From Minisyncoccota bacterium (lineage in GTDB: Bacteria; Patescibacteriota; Minisyncoccia; Moranbacterales; UBA2206): a DNA stretch of 64,000 nucleotides. The position numbers and the translations under genes are program-made. The DNA is taken from assembly GCA_031291955.1 (NCBI GenBank), contig JARLIA010000014.1, forward strand, positions 666 through 64,665, given 5' to 3'. This document shows, one piece after another, positions 18,106-28,190 of this stretch (positions within the stretch are counted from its first letter, which is position 1; each line of letters opens with the position of its first letter). The notes below the pieces were generated by a model that saw only the letters and a program-made list of their open reading frames with translations, made no database searches and was not told where the DNA came from.

Positions 18106-18140
18106 TCAAAAAAAGAGCCTTCCAAAGAGGCTCTTTTGAC
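18106..18140. terminator. Bidirectional terminator between convergent genes
   Basis: The sequence is aaaaaa-agagcct-tccaaag-aggctct-tttt. Confidence 0.5.
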
Positions 18141-18156
18141 AACTTAATTTTCCTAA

Positions 18157-18603
18157 TTACAAAAGTTTGATCGCATCAGCCACCGTCATGATACCGACCA
18201 ACTCGCCCGAATTGTCCACCACCGGATAAGAGTTGAAGCTTTTTTCTTTGATTAATTTGATGAAATCGGTCAACTCCATGTCGGGAGAAATGTTCTCGCA
18301 TTTGATGCTCATAATATCTTTCGCGGTCGCGTTAACAACCGCCTCCAGTGCCTCCTTATCATCGTCCTCATAATTCAACTTGCCTTTTTTCATAAAATCG
18401 ATAAGAGAGGGCATATACACCATATTAGCACTGTCCTTGGTAAAAAAATCCGTTTCCGTGATAATGCCGACTACCTTCTTATTTTCATCCAAGACCGGTA
18501 CGGCATGAATCTTGTTTTTGGAAATGATTTCAGCCACTTCAGCCACCGGCATATCTTCTCCTACCGACAGAACATCCGCAGTCATAATTTCTTTTATTTT
18601 CAT
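18157..18603 (-). CDS. CBS-domain pair protein
   Basis: It contains two CBS motifs, including IMTADVLSV...HAVPVLD...VVGIITETD. Confidence 0.7.
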   Translation of the reverse strand: MKIKEIMTADVLSVGEDMPVAEVAEIISKNKIHAVPVLDENKKVVGIITETDFFTKDSANMVYMPSLIDFMKKGKLNYEDDDKEALEAVVNATAKDIMSIKCENISPDMELTDFIKLIKEKSFNSYPVVDNSGELVGIMTVADAIKLL

Positions 18604-18680
18604 AATCTAAATTTGTTTACTGTTTACACTCCTAGTTTAACACAGTCGGATTATTTTTCAAGAGCCTGTTTTTTCATACA

Positions 18681-18713
18681 AAAACAGTCCTGCTTAGACA
18701 GGACCGTTTTTGC
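18681..18713. terminator. Bidirectional terminator hairpin
   Basis: The sequence is aaaacagtcctg-cttaga-caggaccg-ttttt. Confidence 0.5.
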
Positions 18714-18797
18714 TATTAATAATAACCCCGATCAGACTTTGGAAAAAAGGTATGATTTCCCCAGGCTATCTTTTCTTCCTTAGACATCTTCTCTTCC

Positions 18798-19430
18798 TTA
18801 GGATTGATCGAAATCGCGAAGCGTCTTGGCATTGATGGTGTCCGAATTGTGTTTCTGCGAACCCCGGACAGACACATAATCTCCTTTGCCGATGTCGCTG
18901 GCGCGCATACTGTCGCCATTCTTATTGGAAGCATCGACCGAAGAAGTATCCACTGTGTAAGTATGGCCATTGTCAGCTTTTATAGTTATCTGATTGTTAT
19001 CCGTCGATTCGACTTTCCCATAAATGCTCACGTCAGAACCATTATTGTGGTCATTCCAGTTGTGATCCTTTTGATCATTGCGATTGGAATTATCCTTGCC
19101 GTTCCAGTTTTTGTCCTGGTTGCGCTTGTTCTGATTATCGTTGCTATTATTGTTTTGGTTATTCTGCCAATCAGCCGGTTCTTGGCCAGATTTATTGTTA
19201 TTCTGGCTGTTCTGATTCTTATTATTCTGTCCGCCCTGATTCTGGCCGTTTTGCGAACCGGAATTTTGGTTATGATTCTGATTCTGGACAGATTGCGGGT
19301 TAAAAGGCGCTTGATTGCCATCTTGCGGACCACTGGCGCTGGCCAGCCCCGCGCCGGTAAGTGCCAGTGTAGCCGCTAAACTTCCGGCAAGAAAAGCTTT
19401 CGGAGCTATTTTTTTCAACTTGTTTTTCAT
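18798..19430 (-). CDS. Secreted Asn/Gln-rich low-complexity protein with C-terminal beta domain
   Basis: A signal peptide is followed by long NQNN... low complexity. Confidence 0.4.
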   Translation of the reverse strand: MKNKLKKIAPKAFLAGSLAATLALTGAGLASASGPQDGNQAPFNPQSVQNQNHNQNSGSQNGQNQGGQNNKNQNSQNNNKSGQEPADWQNNQNNNSNDNQNKRNQDKNWNGKDNSNRNDQKDHNWNDHNNGSDVSIYGKVESTDNNQITIKADNGHTYTVDTSSVDASNKNGDSMRASDIGKGDYVSVRGSQKHNSDTINAKTLRDFDQS

Positions 19431-19579
19431 CGGATTGTCTTAATTGGTTAGGCTGGACATTTACAATGGGATCCCGTTTGCAGCTATTCATACGTCGGTT
19501 AATTTTTTTTATTGCAAGTTAATAAAAATCCCTCGCGGGATATAATAATGTTTTTCTGTTAAAACACTATTCAAAAAAA

Positions 19580-20797
19580 TTATTGCGCCTTATTTTCCAG
19601 TTTTTCATAAAAGCCATCCGGCAAATCACCGTCCAGCTTGAAAAAACTAACACCGCCCAAATGGAAATTTTTCGCGAGAGTGATTTTGTCGCCAATAGCC
19701 TCGGCATCTTCGAAAGTGACCAGATGCTCGCCATCCGCCGTTTGGAAAGTGAACCTCAATTCCCCGCCGTTCGTCCGGCTTGGAGTCGCTTTGGCCGCCT
19801 TAGCTTCGGCCAGAGCCTGTGAATAGTCCAAACTTTTTAGTTCGGCGTAGTGCCAGCCAGCGGACGTTTTTACAATTTTAAATTCCCAACCATAAGTCGG
19901 GATGCCAAGCGTTAGTTTTTGGGGAGAAATATACCGCAGGGAATATTCAACGACGCTTTTTACCCAAGATGCGTCAGCGTTCGGCGCCGCCGGCAAATCT
20001 TCGGCAATTTCAAAAGTCGCTGCCCGTTCGGTTTGGAGCGTCTGGTCGTAGGCCATGATCTGAACGACGTCGCAATATTTGTTCATAGCCGAAAAATCAT
20101 TAGCCCAACTCATAGCCCGTATTCCGGCAAAACCCGGCGGCGGAGCATCCTGAGTCCGGGCTTCCACGGCGCATTCCAACGTTTTTCCCATCGGCGCGAT
20201 TTTTTGATGAAGCACTTCCAGAAACACGCTGAAATTGTCCCGGTCGGCGATATTTTTTCCTTCATAATCGATATCCACGCCGGCAAAATTATTTTTTGTC
20301 AGCATACTCGCGATAGCGTCGATGTTTTTTTCCGCGAGATTGCTATTTACGAATGTCTGATGCATCGCCGCCGCGTCCGTCCAAAGAATAGTTGGAACGA
20401 TTTTTATATTTTTCCGGCGGATTTGGGAAAAAAGTTCCGGCCAGGGCGCGACGTTTATTTGCGCTTTATCGATCAAGCTTCCATCCGAAGCTACGCCGTA
20501 CGCGAAAGGATAAATCTCGCTGAAATGATTCAAATTGTTTTCAACGGAAGAAACGCCGACCGCCTTGGCCCAATACGTCACCCAGCCGGAAACGACAAAA
20601 GGATTGCTATTATTTTCAGAAGAAACGGCTTTGGTTGGCAACTTCTTGTTCCGACTGGCCGGCACCGGCTTATCTTTTGATAAAGTCAGAGTTGATATTT
20701 TTGAATTAAAAAAGAAAAAAGAAACAACCTCGACCATACCGGACGCCAAAATCATAACCAAAACGACAAGAACAAGATATTTATATTTTCTTTTCAT
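19580..20797 (-). CDS. Secreted glycoside hydrolase family 18-like protein
   Basis: An N-terminal TM/signal is followed by the GH18 catalytic motif FAGVDIDYE. It is similar to the N-terminal domain of 12608-16057. Confidence 0.6.
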   Translation of the reverse strand: MKRKYKYLVLVVLVMILASGMVEVVSFFFFNSKISTLTLSKDKPVPASRNKKLPTKAVSSENNSNPFVVSGWVTYWAKAVGVSSVENNLNHFSEIYPFAYGVASDGSLIDKAQINVAPWPELFSQIRRKNIKIVPTILWTDAAAMHQTFVNSNLAEKNIDAIASMLTKNNFAGVDIDYEGKNIADRDNFSVFLEVLHQKIAPMGKTLECAVEARTQDAPPPGFAGIRAMSWANDFSAMNKYCDVVQIMAYDQTLQTERAATFEIAEDLPAAPNADASWVKSVVEYSLRYISPQKLTLGIPTYGWEFKIVKTSAGWHYAELKSLDYSQALAEAKAAKATPSRTNGGELRFTFQTADGEHLVTFEDAEAIGDKITLAKNFHLGGVSFFKLDGDLPDGFYEKLENKAQ

Positions 20798-20903
20798 ACG
20801 TTTACCGACATTGTCTCATTCGCCAAGTTGTCAGTCAAGGCAAAAAATTCTCTTGGTCAAAGAAGATATAAATGTTATGATATGAGCAAGATTAAAAGAC
20901 TAT

Positions 20904-21200
20904 TTATCTCAAAGAATAACCCCGGATGGCTGCCACCAATTCAAGCAACAAATAGCCGGCGAAAAGATAAATCACCAAAGCCACCAACGTGCTAAACTCG
21001 ACGACGTATCCGCGAGCCAGATGCGGCGCCGGAAAAATATTGGCAAAAGGATTGAGCAGCGGTCGGGTGGTTTCATAGAGCCAACCAACGAATGGCGCCG
21101 CCGGATTGGCATCCAAAAGCCGGAAAATGAAACGCAGACCCAAAAAGATTTCAATAACTCCCATAACCAGACTGATAAGCCCCTCCAAAATTCGAAACAT
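20904..21200 (-). CDS. YggT-family membrane protein
   Basis: The segment LRFIFRLLDANPAAPFVGWLYETTRPLLNPF is typical of YggT/Ycf19. Confidence 0.6.
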   Translation of the reverse strand: MFRILEGLISLVMGVIEIFLGLRFIFRLLDANPAAPFVGWLYETTRPLLNPFANIFPAPHLARGYVVEFSTLVALVIYLFAGYLLLELVAAIRGYSLR

Positions 21201-21250
21201 ATTTTTGATTAGTTTATTTATAATAGTATTACGAACTTAACCGATACATT

Positions 21251-21808
21251 ATGACGAACCGCTCTGAAAAAACCATCATCCTATCGTTCATCCTGGCCGT
21301 CCTGGCCTGGAGCGTTTTGCTCTATTTCATAAAACCGGCCGAGATCGTCAACTTCATCGGCATCAGCAACAGCTATCTGGCTATTTTCCTGATTGCTCTT
21401 CTGGGCGGCGCCTCCACCTTCACCACCACAACCACCTACGCGGCCGTCATCACCTTGGCGCTCGGCGGCCTAAACATTTTTAGCTTGAGCCTGGTGGCCG
21501 GCGTCGGGGCGACCCTTGGCGATGGCATCTTTTTCTATTTCGGATTAGTTGGACGTCAATATGTTTATGGCCACCTGGAAGCAATCATAAAAAGAATTGC
21601 TCTTTGGCTCCGCCAGCGTTCCGAATGGTTCTTGCCCTTGGCCGTTTATATTTATTCCGGCTTTGCTCCGACACCCAACGGCATCATGATTTTGACATTA
21701 GCCCTTTCCGGTTACCGGTACAAAAAAATATTCCTGCCCAACCTTCTTGGCAACGTCACTTTCATGCTGCTTCTGAGTCTTTTTGCCAAAGGCGTTATCC
21801 GATTTTAA
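21251..21808 (+). CDS. Polytopic membrane protein, possibly of the DedA/YqaA (VTT) family
   Basis: It has 5-6 TMs. The family assignment is weak. Confidence 0.35.
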   Translation: MTNRSEKTIILSFILAVLAWSVLLYFIKPAEIVNFIGISNSYLAIFLIALLGGASTFTTTTTYAAVITLALGGLNIFSLSLVAGVGATLGDGIFFYFGLVGRQYVYGHLEAIIKRIALWLRQRSEWFLPLAVYIYSGFAPTPNGIMILTLALSGYRYKKIFLPNLLGNVTFMLLLSLFAKGVIRF

Positions 21809-21842
21809 TTATACCCCATTATTCAACTTTTTGGCTAGGACT

Positions 21843-21875
21843 AAAAAACATCCGAATCAGACCGGATGTTTTTAT
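21843..21875. terminator. Bidirectional terminator between convergent genes
   Basis: The sequence is aaaaaacatccg-aatcagac-cggatgttttt. Confidence 0.55.
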
Positions 21876-21881
21876 AAGTAA

Positions 21882-23669
21882 TTATTTTTTCAATTTGATA
21901 TGCACTTCGTCAAGTTGCTTGGTCTCGACGGGACTCGGACTGTTCATCATAAGATCTCTACCCTGGCCGTCTTTGGGAAACGCATAGATGTCACGGATAG
22001 AGTCGAGATCTTGAAGAACCATGAATATGCGGTCGATGCCCGGCGCGTTGCCGCCATGGGGCGGGGCACCGAATTGAAAGGCTTGAATCATGGCGCCGAA
22101 GCGCGCGTCCACCTGCTGCCTGGAATAGCCAGCGATCGCAAAAGCTTTATACATTATTTCCGGGTCGTGATTCCGAATAGCGCCACTGGACGCTTCGTAG
22201 CCGTTTATCACCAAGTCATATTGATAAGCCAGGATGTCGAGCGGATTTTTGTTTTCGAGCACTGCTAGCCCCCCTTGAGGCATAGAAAAAGGATTGTGAC
22301 CGAAATCAATGCGATTGTGTTCTATTTCGGAATAATCATACATCGGAAAATCGACGATCCAGCACCAGGCCGCTTTGGTGTTGTCTTTGAGACCCAAACG
22401 CAAAGCGCAATCATTCCGCACCGCTCCGAGCGCGGCGCAGACTGTCCGCCATTTGTCCGCTCCGAAGAAAATGATATCGCCGGCTTTGGCGCCAACTTCT
22501 TCTATGATTTTATTGGATAATTCTTCGCCCAAAAATTTTACGATCGGTGATTGCAGCTCGTTGTTTTCTTTTACGACGATATAGGCCAAGCCCTTAGCAT
22601 CTTTACTTTGAGCTAGTTTAGTCAATTCATCAATCTGGCTTCTTGTCAAAACCGCGCCGCCAGGAACGTTCATGGCGTGCACTGCGCCGTCACGCGCCAC
22701 CGCTTGGGCAAAAACGGCAAAGCCGCAATCGCGAACCATTTCCGTGATCGGTTTGATTTCCAGCTCGAATCGCAAGTCGGGTTTGTCAGAACCATAGCGG
22801 GTCATAGCCTCACGCCACGGCAAGCGGATGAATCTTTTATTCTCATCCAATTTGATTATTTCCTTGGAAGAAAATTTCTCCGTCAGTTCGATCATGAGCG
22901 GTTCCATGATTCCAAAAATATCTTCCTGGGTCACAAAACTCATTTCCATATCCAACTGATAGAATTCGCCGTAATGGCGATCCGCCCTAGGATCTTCGTC
23001 ACGAAAACACGGCGCGATCTGGAAATATTTATCCACTCCACCCACCATCAGCAACTGCTTGAACTGTTGCGGCGCCTGCGGCAGCGCGTAGAATTTTCCC
23101 GGGTAAAGCCGCGAAGGAACCAAAAAATCCCGCGCTCCTTCCGGCGACGAGTTGGCGAGAATCGGCGTCTGCACTTCCACAAATTCCCGCTCGTTAAAAT
23201 AATTTCGGATATGTTGGATATATTTCGCTTTTTTGGAAAGCAACGATTGCAACTCCGGTCGGCGCAAATCAATGAAACGATATTTCAAACGCAAAGTTTC
23301 ATTGGCTTCTTCGGCTTTTTCTTCGTCAATTTCAAAAGGCGGCGTCTTGGATTTGTTCAGCACTTCCAGCGCGTGGACGCCAATTTCAACTTCTCCGGTT
23401 TCCATTTTTTGGTTGACCATATCGTCTGGCCGAGCCAGCACAACGCCCGTAATTTTCAAGACCCACTCGCTTCGGAGCCGATCGGCTTCCTGCCAGGCTT
23501 TTTCGTCAATGGCCGGATCGAACTTTATCTGCGTCAAACCATAGCGGTCACGCAGATCAATAAAAATCACCCCGCCGTGATCCCGGCGGCGGTGCACCCA
23601 GCCAGCCAAAGCCACCGTCTGGCCGACGTTTTTCTTCTTGAGTTCCCCGCAAGTATGCGTCCGCATCAT
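21882..23669 (-). CDS. aspS: Aspartyl-tRNA synthetase
   Basis: It has an N-terminal OB fold (GWVHRRRDHGGVIFIDLRD) and class II aaRS motifs (FRDED, GGAPPHGG). Confidence 0.9.
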   Translation of the reverse strand: MMRTHTCGELKKKNVGQTVALAGWVHRRRDHGGVIFIDLRDRYGLTQIKFDPAIDEKAWQEADRLRSEWVLKITGVVLARPDDMVNQKMETGEVEIGVHALEVLNKSKTPPFEIDEEKAEEANETLRLKYRFIDLRRPELQSLLSKKAKYIQHIRNYFNEREFVEVQTPILANSSPEGARDFLVPSRLYPGKFYALPQAPQQFKQLLMVGGVDKYFQIAPCFRDEDPRADRHYGEFYQLDMEMSFVTQEDIFGIMEPLMIELTEKFSSKEIIKLDENKRFIRLPWREAMTRYGSDKPDLRFELEIKPITEMVRDCGFAVFAQAVARDGAVHAMNVPGGAVLTRSQIDELTKLAQSKDAKGLAYIVVKENNELQSPIVKFLGEELSNKIIEEVGAKAGDIIFFGADKWRTVCAALGAVRNDCALRLGLKDNTKAAWCWIVDFPMYDYSEIEHNRIDFGHNPFSMPQGGLAVLENKNPLDILAYQYDLVINGYEASSGAIRNHDPEIMYKAFAIAGYSRQQVDARFGAMIQAFQFGAPPHGGNAPGIDRIFMVLQDLDSIRDIYAFPKDGQGRDLMMNSPSPVETKQLDEVHIKLKK

Positions 23670-23757
23670 AAAACTTCATTCTTAGCTTTTAGTAAAATTC
23701 GTTCAGTTGCTTTCCTATAATAGCGAACAAAAGCCGGATTTGCAAGGCTGAGTCTTG

Positions 23758-24810
23758 TCACAATTTCTTATACCTCGCTCCCCTCGTCACTCCTATTCTC
23801 TCCACCAATTTCAAAGCAACCAGGCGGGACAAGGACTGTTTTATAGTAGCCATCGCAATTGTGCCTTGGAGAAGTTTGCTAATTTCCGAAACGCTCAACG
23901 TGTCAGCTTGGAATAGCTGATAAATCATTAGTTGCTTTTCTGAAAGCAATTTTTCTGGCTGGTCTTCCTCCATTATTTTTTTGGCTCTTTTGATTTGTTC
24001 CAAAAGGGCATCCAGGAAGAAGTTCAGCCAGGGAGTGATGTCTTCTTTTTTCGTCTTATGCTTGGACTGGGTTTTTCGGAGAGCCAGGTAATAATCGATT
24101 TTTCTTTCCTCGATAATTTCGTCTAGCGAAACGTAAGGAACATAAGTGTAACCAGTTCTTAGAAGCATCAGAACGGTCAAGGCTCTCGACAGCCTGCCGT
24201 TGCCATCCCGAAAAGGATGGACAGCCAGAAACTCGAAGATGAAATTGGCGATAAGGATAAGGCTGTGGATTTCTTTCTTTTCCGCTTGCTCGCCATACCA
24301 ATACAAAACATCGTCCATTTCTTTTTTGACCAGATAGGAAGGAGATGGTTCAAAGATAACGACTTCCGTGCCGTCATCTTTTTTCATAACCACCTTGTTG
24401 TCAGAGGTTTTGTATTTGCCCCTGTGCTCTTTGTCTTTTTCGGAGAAGTTAAGCAGAATTTTATGGAAATGCAAAATCTGCCCCTCGGTAATCTTGAGAG
24501 TTTTCCAATTATCAAAGACTCTGCCCAGTAAATCGGCGTATCCCGCTACTTCTTGAGCGTCTCTGCCTTTGGGCGGCGTTGATTTAAGTCCTGCGATAAG
24601 TCTGGCCACCTCGTCATCGGACATCCTCGAACCCTCAATACGAGTGGAGGCTCCTGTGCTGGTGATAAGGACGCTTCTTTTCAGCCTGCCCAATGTTTGG
24701 GGGCTAAGCCTTAGACTGCCCTTCCAAAGACCCCTGAATTCGTCGATTTGAGCAATCTTCTGCAGTATTTCATCGGTCAGAATAACCCTTTTTTTAAACC
24801 TGTTTTCCAT
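23758..24810 (-). CDS. Fic-family protein (class II, N-terminal inhibitory motif) with C-terminal winged helix
   Basis: The Fic motif is HPFRDGNGRLSRAL. STRIEGS matches the (S/T)xxxE(G/N) inhibitory motif. Confidence 0.85.
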   Translation of the reverse strand: MENRFKKRVILTDEILQKIAQIDEFRGLWKGSLRLSPQTLGRLKRSVLITSTGASTRIEGSRMSDDEVARLIAGLKSTPPKGRDAQEVAGYADLLGRVFDNWKTLKITEGQILHFHKILLNFSEKDKEHRGKYKTSDNKVVMKKDDGTEVVIFEPSPSYLVKKEMDDVLYWYGEQAEKKEIHSLILIANFIFEFLAVHPFRDGNGRLSRALTVLMLLRTGYTYVPYVSLDEIIEERKIDYYLALRKTQSKHKTKKEDITPWLNFFLDALLEQIKRAKKIMEEDQPEKLLSEKQLMIYQLFQADTLSVSEISKLLQGTIAMATIKQSLSRLVALKLVERIGVTRGARYKKL

Positions 24811-24829
24811 ACGTTTATTAGATACAACT

Positions 24830-24917
24830 TAACTATGTCTAATTATATCTAATTGTATCCAATAGTCAAGGGCTTTGATATATACCTAACTATATATGAT
24901 TATATCTGATTATATTC
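24830..24917. promoter_or_regulatory. Two copies of a ~31-nt imperfect direct repeat upstream of fic
   Basis: The two copies are taactatgtctaattatatctaattgtatcc and taactatatatgattatatctgattatattc. Confidence 0.3.
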
Positions 24918-25106
24918 ATTCGTGGGAGAAACTGGGAAACTACGAATTCGCTATACCTCTCTTCTTCATCTTAACATTCATACTACCCTCCAATTTCTCA
25001 TTAAAATTCCTGTCGTGGCTAATGGATGTGGCGGAATAGGCAAAGTCCAGATATTTTTTTAGCTCTTCGGATTTAATCATATTTTTTACTTATGTCGAAG
25101 TTGCAG

Positions 25107-25652
25107 TCACTCCATTTGCCTGAATCTTTCCATCAAATCATCGAATAATTTCTCCAGAACAGCATCCCATTGAAAATACTCCCTTTTTTTTGCGATAATT
25201 TTATCAGTATTGAAATTATGATATTTAAATCTTTCCAGCGTAACTTTAGGCATCACCACTTCGTGCAGCAGAGGAGCGATTGAATCAACCGCCTTAGCAA
25301 ATTTAGCATCTGGCGTTTTTGCCTCGTCATACTCCTTGAAACAGTCATATAAATAATCGGGTAAAATTTTTCTGGCCGACTCGTCTTCCAATTTCTCGTG
25401 TGATTCTGGTTTTGAGTATGTCAGAATGTCCCCCACCTTTGTTTCGCCGATATCGTGAACCGACAAAATGGTCAAAGCTCTGCCAAGATTAACTTCGTTT
25501 CTATTTTCAATGAATTGATGAAGATAAGACGCAATTATCGGCAAATGCCCGATGTGTTCAATCAGCGGCTCCCTTATTTCTTCGGAGTCATAATTATAGT
25601 CTTTCAATAACCCTGATTCGACAATGTTTTCCCATCTCTCTTTCGTCACCAT
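25107..25652 (-). CDS. HD-domain phosphohydrolase (YfbR-like)
   Basis: The HD motif appears in ILSVHDIGETKVGD. Confidence 0.6.
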   Translation of the reverse strand: MVTKERWENIVESGLLKDYNYDSEEIREPLIEHIGHLPIIASYLHQFIENRNEVNLGRALTILSVHDIGETKVGDILTYSKPESHEKLEDESARKILPDYLYDCFKEYDEAKTPDAKFAKAVDSIAPLLHEVVMPKVTLERFKYHNFNTDKIIAKKREYFQWDAVLEKLFDDLMERFRQME

Positions 25653-25920
25653 GGACCGTCGCGTGCGAGCATAGTCTTCTTGGAGCGTTATGAGACCATC
25701 AAGTATTGTGGGGATGTCTTTTTTTTGTGATTTTTCAGATTCCCTATTTTATTCGTTATTTTTTTACCTCAAATTGTATCACTCAAAACCCACACTCACG
25801 TGAATACCCTGTGAGTCCTACCGGACATCACAGGGCGTCCTGGTTAATTTACAATTCGAATAGCCTCAGCTGTTTTAAACTATAAACCAACCCGCCGAAA
25901 AAATCCATTTGCGGCTGACA

Positions 25921-26886
25921 TCATTTCAAAATCCAATTGAACAAATACCCGGTAAACAAAATCCCGATCCCTACCACTGCGGCGAAAATCAGAATCAGTC
26001 TCGTCTTCATCACTTTTTTCAAAATCATAAACTCTGGGAGCGATAGCGCAGTCACGGCCATCATAAATGCCAGGGCGGTTCCCATAGCTACGCCCTTTTC
26101 CGTGAGGGCCCCCACCAGCGGGATGACGCCGGCCGCGTTGGAATAGAGCGGGATGCCAATCAAAACTGCCAGCGGCACAGCATACCACTTGTCCGCCGAA
26201 GCGTAGTGTGCCAAAAAATCGGTAGGCACGTAGCCATGGATCCAAGCGCCCAGTCCCACCCCGATAACAACATAGAGCCAGACTTTTTTCACGATATCCA
26301 GCGTATAATTTTTGGCGTAATCCGTTCTTTGCTTCCAGCTCATTTCCGGCAGCTCGATATTTTCTCCGGCGCCATTGAGAGCGAATTCTTCCACTAAATT
26401 TCGCACATCCATTTTTTCAATAACCATACCAGAGAATATCGCAATCATTAGTCCGCTAATAATATAAATCAGGGCGATCTTCCAGCCGAACATTCCAAAC
26501 AAAAGAACCAGCGCCACTTCGTTGATCATCGGCGAGGCGACCAGAAAAGAAAAGGTAGTGCCCAGCGGCACTCCAGCTTGCACAAAACCTAAAAATAATG
26601 GCACAGCCGAACAGGAACAAAATGGCGTAATTATTCCCAGGAGCGACGCCAGGATGTTGCCGACATATTTTTTCTCGTGCGACAAAATATTCCTGATTTT
26701 TTCCGGCGGCAGGTAGGAGCGAATGAGCGACACCGCAAAAATAATCACGAACAGAAGTATGAGGATTTTAATCGTGTCAAAGATAAAAAAATTTACCGCG
26801 CTGGCCAGCAAAGTTTTTGGTATGATATTGAAAACCGAATAAGTCAGCCAGTCGGCAAATATTTGGATGGGATAAAAAATATTCAT
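25921..26886 (-). CDS. Permease of the UPF0718/ArsP-like family
   Basis: It is polytopic with a TPFCSCSAVP motif, in an operon with arsR and a thioredoxin-like protein. Confidence 0.7.
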   Translation of the reverse strand: MNIFYPIQIFADWLTYSVFNIIPKTLLASAVNFFIFDTIKILILLFVIIFAVSLIRSYLPPEKIRNILSHEKKYVGNILASLLGIITPFCSCSAVPLFLGFVQAGVPLGTTFSFLVASPMINEVALVLLFGMFGWKIALIYIISGLMIAIFSGMVIEKMDVRNLVEEFALNGAGENIELPEMSWKQRTDYAKNYTLDIVKKVWLYVVIGVGLGAWIHGYVPTDFLAHYASADKWYAVPLAVLIGIPLYSNAAGVIPLVGALTEKGVAMGTALAFMMAVTALSLPEFMILKKVMKTRLILIFAAVVGIGILFTGYLFNWILK

Positions 26887-26889
26887 CGA

Positions 26890-27135
26890 TTATTTACTCA
26901 ATAATTCTTTGATCTCTTTGACATCCGCCACCCGGCCAGAAATTTTGACTGCGCCATCCACCACCAAGGCTGGCATGCTCATCACGCCATAGCTCATGAT
27001 ATCAGCAATCTCAGTCACTTTTTCTATTTTCCCCTCCAGTTTCAGCTCCTCTAATACTTTCTTCGTGTTGGCCTCCAGCCGCTGGCAATTGGGGCAGCCG
27101 GTGCCCAAAATTTTGATCTGCATATTTTTTTTCAC
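26890..27135 (-). CDS. Thioredoxin-fold redox-active disulfide protein
   Basis: It is 81 aa with a GCPNC CxxC motif. Confidence 0.7.
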   Translation of the reverse strand: MKKNMQIKILGTGCPNCQRLEANTKKVLEELKLEGKIEKVTEIADIMSYGVMSMPALVVDGAVKISGRVADVKEIKELLSK

Positions 27136-27169
27136 CGCGCATTTTGCGTTTCACGCTCCACGCTTCGCG

Positions 27170-27484
27170 TTATTTAATTATTTGATTAAAAATTTTCTTG
27201 TACTCGCGGATCAATTTCCTGTTGAGGTTGTAACGAATGAAATTGCCATCTCTTTTTTCTTCCAGAAGACCGATTTTTTTGAGCTGGTTCAGATGATGGG
27301 AAGCCAACTTCTGGGAAATACCGGCAGCGGGAAAGATTTCGCAAACGCATTTCGGCCCCTCTTTCAGAATACAAAGGATTTTCAAGCGATTCTTGTCGGC
27401 AATTGTTTTGAGAAAAGCGTACGTCCTCCCAACATCTTTTTGCTTCGAACTGTTTTTGGCGCAACATTGGAATTCAATTTTCAT
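27170..27484 (-). CDS. ArsR/SmtB-family transcriptional regulator
   Basis: The HTH segment LKILCILKEGPKCVCEI carries the metal-binding Cys motif. Confidence 0.8.
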   Translation of the reverse strand: MKIEFQCCAKNSSKQKDVGRTYAFLKTIADKNRLKILCILKEGPKCVCEIFPAAGISQKLASHHLNQLKKIGLLEEKRDGNFIRYNLNRKLIREYKKIFNQIIK

Positions 27485-27493
27485 AATAAAAAA

Positions 27494-27520
27494 CTATACT
27501 AATTTATATTAGTATAGTAT
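27494..27520. promoter_or_regulatory. 12-3-12 perfect inverted repeat; candidate ArsR operator
   Basis: The sequence is aactatactaat-tta-tattagtatagt, immediately upstream of arsR. Confidence 0.5.
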
Positions 27521-27589
27521 ACCCAAAGAAAAATCCTGTCAACGCCTAAAAAATCCAGCCAAAAACATGCCCAATCAACTTCAGCCTAT

Positions 27590-27991
27590 TTAGTTCCGTT
27601 TTCCAAAAGTCCATCTGGCCAGACCCAGGATTGCCATAATGAGAAGCGCCCAGACCAAAATAATCGTAATTCCGATAATCAAGGAACTGTTTGGCGAAAA
27701 AAATCCTCCGCCGCGCATTTGTTGGCCGCGCATCGGCAAGTAAGTTTGATAACCTTGGTTCGGCGCCATTGGATAACTCTGGCTTTGATAATTCTGACCG
27801 CCCGAATAGCCCTGTCCTTGATAGTTTGGCATTTGGTAACCCGGAGTATAACCCTGATTTCCGGAATAGTCATAACCCGGTCCCATCATCTGCGCCAAGC
27901 TGTTGGATTTTTTGACCTGAGCCATATTCGCCGGCATTTGGAGAACCCCGAAATTTATCGGTAACGCCGCCAAAACATTGGAGCCATTCAT
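27590..27991 (-). CDS. Gly/Gln/Tyr-rich low-complexity protein with C-terminal TM anchor
   Basis: GYQ repeats are followed by a terminal hydrophobic helix. Confidence 0.4.
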   Translation of the reverse strand: MNGSNVLAALPINFGVLQMPANMAQVKKSNSLAQMMGPGYDYSGNQGYTPGYQMPNYQGQGYSGGQNYQSQSYPMAPNQGYQTYLPMRGQQMRGGGFFSPNSSLIIGITIILVWALLIMAILGLARWTFGKRN

Positions 27992-28190
27992 AAATTTATT
28001 GCTTTAAAGATTAGCTTCTCGTTAGTATAACAACCGCCCCCTCTTTTTATTTCTTCCGAGCCATTTTTAAAAAATAAAAAACACCCCTTGGAAAATTTTC
28101 CGGGATGATTTATTAAACCCAAAAGCCTTCAGAAAGGAGGAGTGAAAAATTGGGATTCACGCGCTCCACCGGCATTGAGGGCTTTTTGCT

